IMG/VR virus record: IMGVR_UViG_3300044568_000638
Span: 1-62,808 of that record
From: a virus
Taxonomy: Duplodnaviria > Caudoviricetes
Length of the DNA stretch: 62,808 bases
Direction: 5' to 3' (one strand)
Position 1 is the first letter of the stretch, and every line of letters begins with the position of its first letter. The position numbers and the translations under genes are program-made. Below the pieces are notes generated by a model. That model did no database searches. It saw only the letters and a program-made list of their open reading frames with translations, and was not told the origin of the DNA. This document shows positions 37,900 to 47,804 of this stretch, one piece after another.

Positions 37900-38446
37900 T
37901 TACACATTTGAAAGTAAATATTGGGGTGATTGCTGTAACACGTTCGATGAAGATCAGAAGCATTACATTTATGCGCGATTCATGGGATTGGACAGGGTAG
38001 GCTATTCATTTGACGTTCATGGACGATCCATTGTGGACATAGGAGGAGGCCCAACGTCCATGCTATTAAAGACAAAAAACCTAGGGAAGGCACTTGTAGT
38101 TGACCCATTGTTTTACCCAGCGTGGACGTATGCAAGGTATGATGCAAAGGGAATCAACTATTCGGTGATAAGGGGTGAAGATTTGACCCGTGATGGATTT
38201 GATGAATGCTGGATTTATAATTGCTTACAGCATACGGATGACCCTGCAAAGATTATTGCCAATGGATTGAGAGCCGCAAGGACGTTGAGAATCTTTGAAT
38301 GGGTAGACATTCCAGCACATGAAGGACACCCCCAAGAGATCACCAAAAAACTTCTTGACGATGCAATAGGGAATGAAGGAAAGTTAATTCACCTATCCGA
38401 GGCAGGATGTTTTGGGTTGGCATATTTCAATACATACACACAATGA
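37892..38446 (+). CDS. Class I SAM-dependent methyltransferase
   Basis: VDIGGGP, VVDPL, FDE...NCLQH. Confidence 0.8.
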   Translation: MSDYTFESKYWGDCCNTFDEDQKHYIYARFMGLDRVGYSFDVHGRSIVDIGGGPTSMLLKTKNLGKALVVDPLFYPAWTYARYDAKGINYSVIRGEDLTRDGFDECWIYNCLQHTDDPAKIIANGLRAARTLRIFEWVDIPAHEGHPQEITKKLLDDAIGNEGKLIHLSEAGCFGLAYFNTYTQ

Positions 38447-38904
38447 GCAATACACCATATGAACAATTTGTTCAATCCATCGTTAAATCGGGACATGATA
38501 TCCTAGTTCAATTAACACCATTACAAGCCTCCATGATGCACATGGCAGTTGGCATTAGTGGAGAAGCTGGGGAGTTACTGGATGCGATTAAAAAGCATTC
38601 AATCTATCAGAAGCCGTTGGATTTCGATAACGTGAAAGAGGAAGCGGGAGATATTTTGTTTTATTTGACTGGGTTGTTGAATGACGTAGGAATTACGTTA
38701 AACGAGTGCATCGAGGCTAATCGGGAGAAGTTAAGTAAACGCTATCCAAACAAGTGCTATAGTAATGCGGCGGCGATTGCACGGGCTGATAAGCTGGATG
38801 TGATTGAGGAGCCAGTTTTTTTGAAAGATGATGATGATTTGGAAAATGTGAAAATTGAGAGGGTTTGTGGGATTGACGAGCCAGAGTGTGAGTCATGCCA
38901 ATAG
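38443..38904 (+). CDS. MazG-like NTP pyrophosphatase with Cys tail
   Basis: GEAGELLD..KK, EE.GD...Y, N.EKL..RYP; ends CGIDEPECESCQ. Confidence 0.85.
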   Translation: MSNTPYEQFVQSIVKSGHDILVQLTPLQASMMHMAVGISGEAGELLDAIKKHSIYQKPLDFDNVKEEAGDILFYLTGLLNDVGITLNECIEANREKLSKRYPNKCYSNAAAIARADKLDVIEEPVFLKDDDDLENVKIERVCGIDEPECESCQ

Positions 38905-38911
38905 ATTAAAT

Positions 38912-38989
38912 ATGGGATATAATATCGCATATATCGTATTAATCGCTCTTATACTATATATTGTATATGATTTGTGGATGTGGGATTGA
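38912..38989 (+). CDS. 25-aa membrane peptide
   Basis: Hydrophobic ORF filling gap. Confidence 0.35.
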   Translation: MGYNIAYIVLIALILYIVYDLWMWD

Positions 38990-38992
38990 GGT

Positions 38993-39244
38993 ATGAAAAA
39001 GGAAGACTTGTGGAATCAATATGCGAAAAAGAATCCTAGCTTTAATGGCAATGGAAATGTTACGTTGTCAGCTAGAGGATTGAGGAAGATGTTTGACCAG
39101 ACGTGGAAGATTGCATTTGAGTCTGGATTCAACCAAGAGTTTGAAGATGACGAAGAGGATCACGATTACCCACAAGAGATAAAAGGGAACCCATGCGCGG
39201 AGAACATTTTCAAAACAATTTTCGGAGGCTTCGGAGGCCGATGA
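38993..39244 (+). CDS. Hypothetical protein
   Basis: Packed ORF. Confidence 0.6.
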   Translation: MKKEDLWNQYAKKNPSFNGNGNVTLSARGLRKMFDQTWKIAFESGFNQEFEDDEEDHDYPQEIKGNPCAENIFKTIFGGFGGR

Positions 39245-39408
39245 ATACACTGGAACATTACATAGAGTATAAGCGACTTAACCCAGTTAAGGTGATGAAC
39301 GCTTTGCAGAACAACGGGATTATTTCGGACGAGTGTATCTTTCCTGATGATGTGAGAGATTCGGGGCAAGCTGTTTACTGGTTGGAGGATCATTTATTCG
39401 ACATATGA
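39241..39408 (+). CDS. Hypothetical protein
   Basis: ATGA overlaps at both ends. Confidence 0.6.
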   Translation: MNTLEHYIEYKRLNPVKVMNALQNNGIISDECIFPDDVRDSGQAVYWLEDHLFDI

Positions 39409-39794
39409 ACTGGGATGAATATGCAATGAGCATTGCGGAGGTTAGCGCGAAAAAAAGCAAAGACCCGTGGAGGCAAGTTGGTGCGGCCTTGTTAAGGCAT
39501 GACAATAGTATTGCTGCGTGTGGGTTTAATGGATTCCCTGCTCATATGGAGGAAAAATGGGAAAATCGCGCCACGAGACGGAAATATGTTGTCCATGCGG
39601 AGCAAAACGCGCTTCGGTATGTAAAACCTCTAGAATGCCGTTTAATCGCAACTACAACGCTTCCCTGCAACGATTGTTTGAAAGTGATTTCGAGTTATGG
39701 GATCGGGAGAGTATTGTATAACGATACTTATCCGACAGATGAATCTACATTGGAATTGGCGGAGGAATTTGGAATTGAATTAGTAAAGCTATGA
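39405..39794 (+). CDS. dCMP deaminase
   Basis: SKDP...VGA, GFNG, HAEQNA, PCxxC. Confidence 0.9.
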   Translation: MNWDEYAMSIAEVSAKKSKDPWRQVGAALLRHDNSIAACGFNGFPAHMEEKWENRATRRKYVVHAEQNALRYVKPLECRLIATTTLPCNDCLKVISSYGIGRVLYNDTYPTDESTLELAEEFGIELVKL

Positions 39795-40078
39795 GTCCTA
39801 CTGAAGTTTATGATTTGCGGAATACTATTGTGGGTTGGGAGAACAAATGGAGGTGCGCGATTGAAATGGCAGCGAGAGCAGAGCTAGAACGTGATGATGC
39901 ACTAGAGGATGCAAAAAAGTATCACATTAAAATGGTAGAATTAATAAATGAACGTAATGATGCACAGGAAGACGCAAAGCTGCTAGCTGAACGACTTACA
40001 GCATTGGAACTGCAATCAACAGCAGAATTAGCTAGGTTAGAAAAAGAATTGGCAAATATGACGGAACTAATTAGATAA
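39791..40078 (+). CDS. Coiled-coil hypothetical protein
   Basis: ER(D/N)DA repeats. Confidence 0.6.
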   Translation: MSPTEVYDLRNTIVGWENKWRCAIEMAARAELERDDALEDAKKYHIKMVELINERNDAQEDAKLLAERLTALELQSTAELARLEKELANMTELIR

Positions 40079-40091
40079 AATCAAAAATTAC

Positions 40092-40349
40092 ATGAAAGCA
40101 ACAATTGAATATCAACTACCCGAAGAAGAACACGACATGAAATATGCGTTGGCAGGGGTTGACGCATTGCTAGTGTTGGATGACATTAGCAACGAGATAA
40201 GGAGTTATTTAAAGTATGGAACTGGCGAATTACGACAGTTTGTAACAGAAGAAGGGAAGGAATGCCCTGCTTGTAGTGAGACTCTTGAAATGGTTACGGT
40301 TTGGATTTGGGAGAGACGCAGAGAAAGGAATCTTCCTGACTTAATTTGA
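40092..40349 (+). CDS. Conserved phage hypothetical protein
   Basis: MKAT.EY.LPEE...R..LKY. Confidence 0.7.
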   Translation: MKATIEYQLPEEEHDMKYALAGVDALLVLDDISNEIRSYLKYGTGELRQFVTEEGKECPACSETLEMVTVWIWERRRERNLPDLI

Positions 40350-42226
40350 AAGAAGATAACGTCCAAGTTTTACGCGCATTAAAACGTGCGGAGCATATTC
40401 GTTCTATTGTCGATAGTAATGCCGATGAGAATATGGGCATTACGCTTGCGGCGAAGTATATCTTAGAGACAATGAGTCATGCGACTGGCAAGAAGTTTAT
40501 GATTGACTTGCCATTTGCAAAAAGGGTTGTGTTAGAGTTTGTTCAGCACTTGTTGGATCACAACCACTTTGAGGCAGCGGCAACTATCTTGTGGGGTCAG
40601 AATGTTTATGATTGGAAGCCTCAATCGAGTAAAGACACATGGAGGTGCTTGTTCGATTATGATAAGGTATTGATTCAAGGTGCTGGCGCGATGGGAAAGA
40701 CGTTTGGGGCTGCTGCGTGGTTTCTGTTGGATTGGATGCGAGATCCGCACTATACTTGCATTAAGGTAGTGTCATTGACTGCGGAACACGCTCAACGCAA
40801 CGTGTTTGCAGCTATTAAGAAGTTCTATACAACTGCATTGGTCAAGCCAGAATTTGAAGGCGCAGAGACTTTAGTGAAGTCAATTCAAGCCAATAACGAC
40901 AGTAAGAATGGCATTCATCTGGTTGCTGTACCTAAAGGTGATAGTGGAACTGGAACGCTCCGGGGGTTTCACCCAAGTCCACGATCCGGCAAACCTCACC
41001 CAATCTGGGGTAAGATGTCGAGGACTCATGTTGTGCTGGACGAAGCTGAAGAAGTTCCTGCTGGAGTTTGGGAAGGTTTGCAGAATATTTTGTCTGCTGC
41101 CGATACGGAGGGCGCAAAAGGACGCATTAAAATTTTTGGCGCGAGTAACCCGAAAGATAGAACAAGCGAGTTTGGCAAGAGATGCGAACCAGACCGTGGG
41201 TGGGGAAGTGTTGATTGCGAAGATGACTTTGAATGGGAAAGTAGAGATGGATGGCACGTTTTGAGGTTAGATGCTGCACGATGCGAGAACGTCATTGAAA
41301 GAAAAATTGTATTCGCTGGGTTACAAACAAACGAAGGTTATACAGCATACGAGGCAAAGGGACGCACTGCGGAATATTTTACAATGGCTAGAGGTTGGTT
41401 CCCACAGGAAGGTATTTCTATGGCAATCATTACCCCTAGCATGGTAGATAACGCAATGGGTAACGTGCGGTTTATTGGGCCTGTAGTGCCGTTAGCAGCT
41501 TTCGATTTGGCGTTGGAGGGCAACGATCAAGTTGTCTGTTCTTTTGGAAGATTTGGGCTTTCTGATGGATGGACACCGATGAGCGGACAATTTATTGAGT
41601 TCAAGACTGCTAGAACAGTATTGCAAATGGATTCTCAGATTACGTTTCCGAAAGCGGCCACGTTAGAACAGACGTATAACATAATTAAGTTTTGCAAGAA
41701 CATGAAGATTGCACCGAATTGGTTGTGCGTTGATCGAACTGGTAATGGCGCAGGAATCCATGATTCGTTGAAGACTTTGTTTGGAAGTGAAGTTATGGGA
41801 GTGAATTACTCATGGGCTGCAACGGAGACACACATTCTTGGTGACGACTCGCAGAAAGCCAGTGAGCTTTACAATGGGGTTGTCACCGAGCTTCTTTTTG
41901 GAGTGGCAAAGTATTTGGAGTTTGAGTATCTAAAAATATCACCGGGATTCCGAAACGATGCCTTGGTTCGTCAAGCTACTGGAAGACGCTATATGCAAAA
42001 GGGTAAAGGCATGGTTCGTGTGGAAAGTAAAAAAGATTATGTTAAGCGCACTAGGCAAAATTCTCCAGATGCCTTGGATTCGTTGTCATTGCTAGTATTT
42101 TTGATGCGGCAGCGTGGTGGAGCTATCGCAACTATGATTGATGATAAGAAAAAATTGCCAATGTTAATGGATCGCGGAATGAAAAGTATTGTCGATAATA
42201 TTGAATATATTGACTTTTCTGAGTGA
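40346..42226 (+). CDS. terL: Terminase large subunit
   Basis: GAGAMGKT, VVLDEAEE, ASNP, D.A.EG.D, VD.TG.G, SPD.LD; start codon uncertain. Confidence 0.9.
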   Translation: MKEDNVQVLRALKRAEHIRSIVDSNADENMGITLAAKYILETMSHATGKKFMIDLPFAKRVVLEFVQHLLDHNHFEAAATILWGQNVYDWKPQSSKDTWRCLFDYDKVLIQGAGAMGKTFGAAAWFLLDWMRDPHYTCIKVVSLTAEHAQRNVFAAIKKFYTTALVKPEFEGAETLVKSIQANNDSKNGIHLVAVPKGDSGTGTLRGFHPSPRSGKPHPIWGKMSRTHVVLDEAEEVPAGVWEGLQNILSAADTEGAKGRIKIFGASNPKDRTSEFGKRCEPDRGWGSVDCEDDFEWESRDGWHVLRLDAARCENVIERKIVFAGLQTNEGYTAYEAKGRTAEYFTMARGWFPQEGISMAIITPSMVDNAMGNVRFIGPVVPLAAFDLALEGNDQVVCSFGRFGLSDGWTPMSGQFIEFKTARTVLQMDSQITFPKAATLEQTYNIIKFCKNMKIAPNWLCVDRTGNGAGIHDSLKTLFGSEVMGVNYSWAATETHILGDDSQKASELYNGVVTELLFGVAKYLEFEYLKISPGFRNDALVRQATGRRYMQKGKGMVRVESKKDYVKRTRQNSPDALDSLSLLVFLMRQRGGAIATMIDDKKKLPMLMDRGMKSIVDNIEYIDFSE

Positions 42227-42292
42227 TTTTTGCATAAAAATTGCAAAAAACGCTTGCAAACCTTAACATTTTAACATATTAGAATCGAACTC

Positions 42293-42874
42293 ATGGCAAA
42301 GGTTATTATTGGAATGATACCGCCCGGCGGTTGGCACTACTTTGATTCAGACGCAAAGTTGACAGCACATTCGTATGAAGGACTTCTTAAAGTTGTTGAA
42401 GACTATCGCGCAGAGAATCATTTACCTATTGGTGACGTTGAAGGTGACGTTAATAGCTACATTTGTTCTAACTGGCCTAATTTTTGTCATGGGGTTGATA
42501 TGGTTGTGGTAACAAGTGTTCATCCTGAGTCTGCACAGCAATCGTTACTAAACGACATTACAATTTGGGCAAGGAACCTCCTTAATTCAAAAACTACAAA
42601 CAATCTAGTTTCTAATGAACTTGCAGAGGAACGAGCAAAAATCTGCAAAGGTTGTCAACACAATAAAAACTGGCGCGGTGGATGTTCGTCTTGCATTGCG
42701 GCAGCAGATAGAATCAGTGCAAGCGTTCGCAATGGTAGAGACACACAATCGTCAACTAAATTAGGTGGATGTAACATCATGCGACATGATAACCGTAGCG
42801 CAATTTTCTTTGACAAGAATAAACTTTCACAAGCAACCTCCACTCCAGATAATTGCTGGATGAATATAAAATAA
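42293..42874 (+). CDS. Cys-rich protein between terL and portal
   Basis: PPGGW.Y, R..IC..C..N, CxxC, terminal CW; 8 Cys. Confidence 0.7.
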   Translation: MAKVIIGMIPPGGWHYFDSDAKLTAHSYEGLLKVVEDYRAENHLPIGDVEGDVNSYICSNWPNFCHGVDMVVVTSVHPESAQQSLLNDITIWARNLLNSKTTNNLVSNELAEERAKICKGCQHNKNWRGGCSSCIAAADRISASVRNGRDTQSSTKLGGCNIMRHDNRSAIFFDKNKLSQATSTPDNCWMNIK

Positions 42875-42877
42875 ATT

Positions 42878-45289
42878 ATGGCAGACGTTCTTAAACCGCT
42901 TCCCGCATTCGTTACTGATAGTTATGCGAATAAATCTCCAAGGATTACTAACTCACACGACAAGCCTCGCATTCTTGATCTTGATGTTATTGATCCTACT
43001 GCTGGCAATAATTCCGATACTGTTAATAAAGATACTCTTCAAGTTAAACGCACGTTCAAGGATGCCGCTCAAGCGTACTCTGCATATCGCAGGCTTAAAC
43101 AGCAGAATATCGAGAGGAACAAAAAAAACCAACTCATTCAGAAAAAATTAAACAATGAGCCTCCATATAGTGCTAAAAAACTGGAAAGCATGGGTCAAAA
43201 TTGGCGGTCTAATCGCCCTACTGGTTTTCTTTCCACGATGGTTAGCCGAATTCAACCTCCTTTTAGGCAAGTCATCGAACAGGCTGCAAGTCTCACTTTC
43301 TCAAAATATCCAGTAGAAGGAGTAGACGCTGAAAATAAAACTGAAGTATTCCGTGAGGAGATTACTAAGACGATTCGTGGATGGTCTGGACATGATGATT
43401 TGTTGTCGCAAATTGTACATGAGAACACTACTTTTGGCTTTTGTGGCGTTTGTTGGGATGATCTTCGTGATTGGAAACCAGAATTTCTAAGGCAAGATTA
43501 CACGTTTTTTTCTATTGAGACTCCACAGGAGGTTGAAGGAACTCCAATCTGGGCAAGAAAACGTAGATATCAAATTGCCGAATTGCTTCCTATTTTGGAA
43601 GATCCAATTATGTCTGCAATGGCTGGTTGGCATATTAAGAATCTAGTTAAGTCGATTAATAATGCTACTCCTGCTGGCAGAACTCTTGATTCTGATGATG
43701 ATGCTCGCCGTTATGAAGACTGGATTCGCGAAGGGAGTTATGGAGCAAGCTACGAGAATGACGCTAAGTATGTTGAGCTAGGTGAGTTGCTTATTCGTGA
43801 GCCACATGGAAAGATTAGCCGATTCGTGTTTGACGATAAGAGCGGTGACGAGATTTGTACGCAGATTGATCGCTACAATAAGATGAGCGAATGCTTGTCG
43901 TTGTTTGCTATTGAAATTGGCAATGGCAACCTAATGGGTAGCCGTGGTGCTGGACGCGATCTCTACAATACGCATATCGCTGTTGATAAAGCTCGTAACC
44001 TTGTTGTTGATAACGTATATCTCAAGGGAATGCTGTTGCTCAAGAAGGGGCCAAATGCTAAAGCTGGTGCAGCTCCGCTAACTGTTCATCACCCTATCTG
44101 CTATATTGCGGAAGGATATGAAGTTATTCCACAAAGTCTTCCTGCTGACGTTGATGATTTCTTGCGGTTAGATCAGTTCATTAGTGGACTGGCTGAAATC
44201 CAAGTTGGGACGTTTTTGCCCGGTCAAGCTATCGGGGAGAAGCAAGGTCGCGCAACTGCATCTGAAGTTAATCGTGTTGCAGCTATCGAGAATCAACTTC
44301 GCGAAGGGATCTTGATGCGCTGGACAAAACAATACTCTAAGTGCGTTGAACGTATGCAACGTGGTATCTGCCATCCAGAACACGTTAAGTCTGCCGCTGA
44401 ACTAAAGACACGTCTTGATATTGCACGTCAAATGGTTCCTAACGCAGTCTGGGCTAGGCGCGAAGTTGTCGATGCTTTTGATCGTTCCGTTATGGATCTT
44501 CCATCATTCCTAGTTCCTTTTGAAATTCCAGAACATCTCGATGAGGAGGCAATCAACTGCTGCCTTAACATGATGGAACGCAATCTTCCTCCAAGTGATA
44601 TCCTCCTCATGGCGTATAGCCCTGCCGAAGAACTACTCCCTGATACTCAAGCGCAGGACAACGCCATGTTGGATATGATGGTGCAACGCTACACTGGTAA
44701 TCCTAATGTAAACCAAGACGAGTTGTTAAAACTCGATTGGTCGCGGAAGTTGGGTGAGAGCATTGCAAGTCAAGTTATCTTGCCAAAAGATCAAGTTGAG
44801 ACGCTGGCTATTGAGGCTACACGTCAACAATTGGTTGAATTGCAATCCATCATTGCTGGGCAAGAAATTCCTGTTTCACCACGGGATAACGATATTGTTC
44901 ACTTGGATGTCATGTCTCAAAAGCTAATGCCATTGATTGAGCAAGCTCCTGCTGGCGCATTGCCACCTGAGATGGTTCAGCCATTCATGCAAGCATTGCG
45001 TCACTTTATGATGCACGTTCAACAAGCTAAGGCTAAGGGAACGGATGTTGCTAAATACGAGCAATCGGCTAAACAAGCGTTTGCACATCTTACTGCTGGA
45101 CACAACACTCCTCCACCTCCAGAACTACAACCAGCGGCAGCAATGCCATCTCAGCGTGGTGGTGGCGGAGGAAGACAAGCCGCAGCGCAATCCAGAAATG
45201 TTGCTGAAATGACAGAGGCATCATCACCAACCCAAATGGGAGCGATTAACGAGATTGCTAACCCACCTAAACCACCAACAGCAGCGTAA
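42878..45289 (+). CDS. Portal protein (P22-like size)
   Basis: 803 aa after terL; ATASEV motif; helical C-terminus. Confidence 0.8.
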   Translation: MADVLKPLPAFVTDSYANKSPRITNSHDKPRILDLDVIDPTAGNNSDTVNKDTLQVKRTFKDAAQAYSAYRRLKQQNIERNKKNQLIQKKLNNEPPYSAKKLESMGQNWRSNRPTGFLSTMVSRIQPPFRQVIEQAASLTFSKYPVEGVDAENKTEVFREEITKTIRGWSGHDDLLSQIVHENTTFGFCGVCWDDLRDWKPEFLRQDYTFFSIETPQEVEGTPIWARKRRYQIAELLPILEDPIMSAMAGWHIKNLVKSINNATPAGRTLDSDDDARRYEDWIREGSYGASYENDAKYVELGELLIREPHGKISRFVFDDKSGDEICTQIDRYNKMSECLSLFAIEIGNGNLMGSRGAGRDLYNTHIAVDKARNLVVDNVYLKGMLLLKKGPNAKAGAAPLTVHHPICYIAEGYEVIPQSLPADVDDFLRLDQFISGLAEIQVGTFLPGQAIGEKQGRATASEVNRVAAIENQLREGILMRWTKQYSKCVERMQRGICHPEHVKSAAELKTRLDIARQMVPNAVWARREVVDAFDRSVMDLPSFLVPFEIPEHLDEEAINCCLNMMERNLPPSDILLMAYSPAEELLPDTQAQDNAMLDMMVQRYTGNPNVNQDELLKLDWSRKLGESIASQVILPKDQVETLAIEATRQQLVELQSIIAGQEIPVSPRDNDIVHLDVMSQKLMPLIEQAPAGALPPEMVQPFMQALRHFMMHVQQAKAKGTDVAKYEQSAKQAFAHLTAGHNTPPPPELQPAAAMPSQRGGGGGRQAAAQSRNVAEMTEASSPTQMGAINEIANPPKPPTAA

Positions 45290-45290
45290 T

Positions 45291-46250
45291 ATGGGTGGAG
45301 CTAACACAGTAAAAGGAAATTGGGTAACAGAAAAGAAAACGCCACAAGCGTTGGGTGATGATAATCTTGCTAAAAATCCAGAATTAGCTAGACCATATAT
45401 TGATTTGACAATGTTTGGGAGAGGGAAACAAAATGTTTCTTTAAGTGAGATGATTGCTCCATATTATGGTGGAGAAGAGACATTGAAATCTGAGATTGAA
45501 AAAGCAAAAGCGTCTTCTTTAGAAGACAAGACAAATGTTTTTAATTCTCCTGCTATTTCACATAATTTAGGCATGAAGATGGATTATGATAAAATTGGAG
45601 AAAAAATTCCAGTTTCTTCAGGCGATTATAACTCATCATATAGCCGAACAAATAAAGATATTAAAATTACAGATCCATATAAGTCTGCATCCTCAATCAG
45701 GGAAATTCTTAATTTAGAAAAATCATCCAACCCACAAGATGTAAGAAATTTTAGTAAATTTTTGCAAAAAAACAATTACACAAAACAAGAGTTAGAAAAA
45801 TCAATTGAAAATCCTATAAGTGATTTCATTGGAGTCCTTGAACATGAAGTTGGACATCATTCAGCTAAAGGAAAAGATATAGAAGAAAGTTTATTTGGAG
45901 CAACGCACATGGATAAACCCGTTGAGTTGGCAAATCAATTGGGACGAATTCAAAGAGAAGCGTTTTATTTATATGGAAAGCGGTTTACTCCAGAAACACT
46001 CACTGATTTTATGGAGCAACAAAAAGTTGTTCCAGATAATGAAAGATTTCAAAACTTTTCTCCAGATACAAGACGTGGATTAAGGAAGATCTTAGATTTA
46101 CATACATCACCATCTGATTCTGATTATAGAGATTATCAGTATGTGAAAAAAGTGATTCCAGAATTTGTAAAAACTAAAACTAAACCAATGTCTTCATACG
46201 ATGCAATAAATGCAGGATTAGAAGAAAGCATTAAACCTACATCTGCGTAA
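45291..46250 (+). CDS. Putative cargo protein 1 with HExxH zincin motif
   Basis: MGGANT start, HEVGHH, KPMSSYDAINAGL. Confidence 0.65.
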   Translation: MGGANTVKGNWVTEKKTPQALGDDNLAKNPELARPYIDLTMFGRGKQNVSLSEMIAPYYGGEETLKSEIEKAKASSLEDKTNVFNSPAISHNLGMKMDYDKIGEKIPVSSGDYNSSYSRTNKDIKITDPYKSASSIREILNLEKSSNPQDVRNFSKFLQKNNYTKQELEKSIENPISDFIGVLEHEVGHHSAKGKDIEESLFGATHMDKPVELANQLGRIQREAFYLYGKRFTPETLTDFMEQQKVVPDNERFQNFSPDTRRGLRKILDLHTSPSDSDYRDYQYVKKVIPEFVKTKTKPMSSYDAINAGLEESIKPTSA

Positions 46251-46251
46251 T

Positions 46252-46815
46252 ATGGGAGGATCTAACACAGGAGTAAAAGCAAGTTATGTTCCAGAAGGAC
46301 AAAGCTCTGGATATAATAATGATTTTTATGACTGGTCAAAGAACATGGGTAAATATGAAAAGCAAAATAACCCATTAAAACCAAGTGCTTTTGTTTACGA
46401 AGAATCAAAAGCCCCACAAGTTACTGCAACAAGCCCAGTAGATAGAGCTTCGGTTTATTCAAAACCAGTTCAAGTTGACAGAGCAAGAGTTGTTCAAAAA
46501 GGATTTAATCCAGAAGAAGCGCAATACGATTACTTGACTGCTGAGAAAGCTGGAATTAAACCTAATGATTACAACAAGCATATGGGATCAGTTGCTCCAG
46601 TAACTGAAGAACTTTTCAATAAATATAAAGAATATGGACTGCCTGAAGGAGAGGCATACGTTATCCTTAAAGGAGCAAACCATCCAACACATAATTACAC
46701 GGTTAAAGCAGAAAATGAACGTGGATTTGAAATCAAGAAATTCGGAGACAGATATTTCTCTGTACCTAAACAAAAACCAACGTCATCATATGACGTAATC
46801 AACACAGAACTATAA
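46252..46815 (+). CDS. Putative cargo protein 2
   Basis: MGGSNT start, YDY..A..H..S...LKG..HPT....E, KPTSSYDVI. Confidence 0.65.
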   Translation: MGGSNTGVKASYVPEGQSSGYNNDFYDWSKNMGKYEKQNNPLKPSAFVYEESKAPQVTATSPVDRASVYSKPVQVDRARVVQKGFNPEEAQYDYLTAEKAGIKPNDYNKHMGSVAPVTEELFNKYKEYGLPEGEAYVILKGANHPTHNYTVKAENERGFEIKKFGDRYFSVPKQKPTSSYDVINTEL

Positions 46816-46819
46816 TACT

Positions 46820-47086
46820 ATGGGCGGACTAAACACAACACAAGGCGGAACTAACCAAGCAAAACGAGACAGACTAGAGTTTGAAAAAAACTTTAAAGGA
46901 AATCCTCCTCCAATGTCAGAAGAGGAATTGGCAACCTATGCTCGTTTTGATGCTCAATCTGATGGAGCTAATTCTTATAAAAGATCAGCGTCTGTAATTG
47001 ACCCTGCATCTGTGATTAAGAAAAATCAAGAATTGCTTAAAAAACCAATGTCTTCTTACGAAGCTATTGACGTTGGTCTAAAATAA
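46820..47086 (+). CDS. Putative cargo protein 3
   Basis: MGGLNT start, KPMSSYEAIDVGL. Confidence 0.65.
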   Translation: MGGLNTTQGGTNQAKRDRLEFEKNFKGNPPPMSEEELATYARFDAQSDGANSYKRSASVIDPASVIKKNQELLKKPMSSYEAIDVGLK

Positions 47087-47113
47087 GGAAACAATAAATA
47101 AATAAATAATATT

Positions 47114-47353
47114 ATGAAATGGACTAGCGCAGACAGCGTTGTTTTACGGGAATATTTAATCAAATCTAGCAATAAATTAATAGAGTATTACCGTTCACGC
47201 ATTCCATTGTGTGACGGGAAGACTATTGAGGAAGTTGCTCTTCAAGCCAAGTTCAAAGAAGGCTTTGAATTCGCTATTCGCGAACTGCGAGACTTGTCTT
47301 CTATGGACGAAGAAAACCAAGACGCATCAGTAGGAAATTTCACATCAATGTAA
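47114..47353 (+). CDS. Small helical head-module protein
   Basis: Typical position between portal and scaffold. Confidence 0.6.
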   Translation: MKWTSADSVVLREYLIKSSNKLIEYYRSRIPLCDGKTIEEVALQAKFKEGFEFAIRELRDLSSMDEENQDASVGNFTSM

Positions 47354-47359
47354 AAATAA

Positions 47360-47515
47360 ATGAGAACAAAACAACAAGGTCTATACGCAAATCTTAACGC
47401 TAAACGCGAAAGAATCGCTGCTGGCAGCAAGGAAAAAATGAGGAAGGTTGGATCTAAAGGCGCACCAACTGCTAAAGCATTTAAAGAATCAGCAAAAACA
47501 GCAAAGAAAAAATAA
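47360..47515 (+). CDS. Small basic protein
   Basis: GLYAN..AKR.RI.AGS.EKMRK.GSKGAPT.KAF. Confidence 0.75.
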   Translation: MRTKQQGLYANLNAKRERIAAGSKEKMRKVGSKGAPTAKAFKESAKTAKKK

Positions 47516-47757
47516 TGGAAAAAAGATTTGCTAAAGTAGTAAAAAATCCAGAAACAGGAAGGACTAAGACTGTCAAGTTTGGTCAGGCTGGAAAGGCTAA
47601 AGATGGAGGGGATCGAATTCGCCCCGGCACAGCTAAAGGAGACGCTTACTGCGCTCGTTCAGCTGGAATTAAAGGCGACTGGAAATCAGATCCCAATAGT
47701 CCAAATAATTTAAGTCGCAGAAAATGGAAGTGCATAGGCAGAAAATCAGCAAAGTAA
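47515..47757 (+). CDS. Small basic protein
   Basis: V.FGQ, YCARS, DPNS...LSR.KW.C. Confidence 0.75.
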   Translation: MEKRFAKVVKNPETGRTKTVKFGQAGKAKDGGDRIRPGTAKGDAYCARSAGIKGDWKSDPNSPNNLSRRKWKCIGRKSAK

Positions 47758-47804
47758 TTTTACCGAATAGTAAAAATACATAATCCCAATAAAAATATAA
47801 AAAT

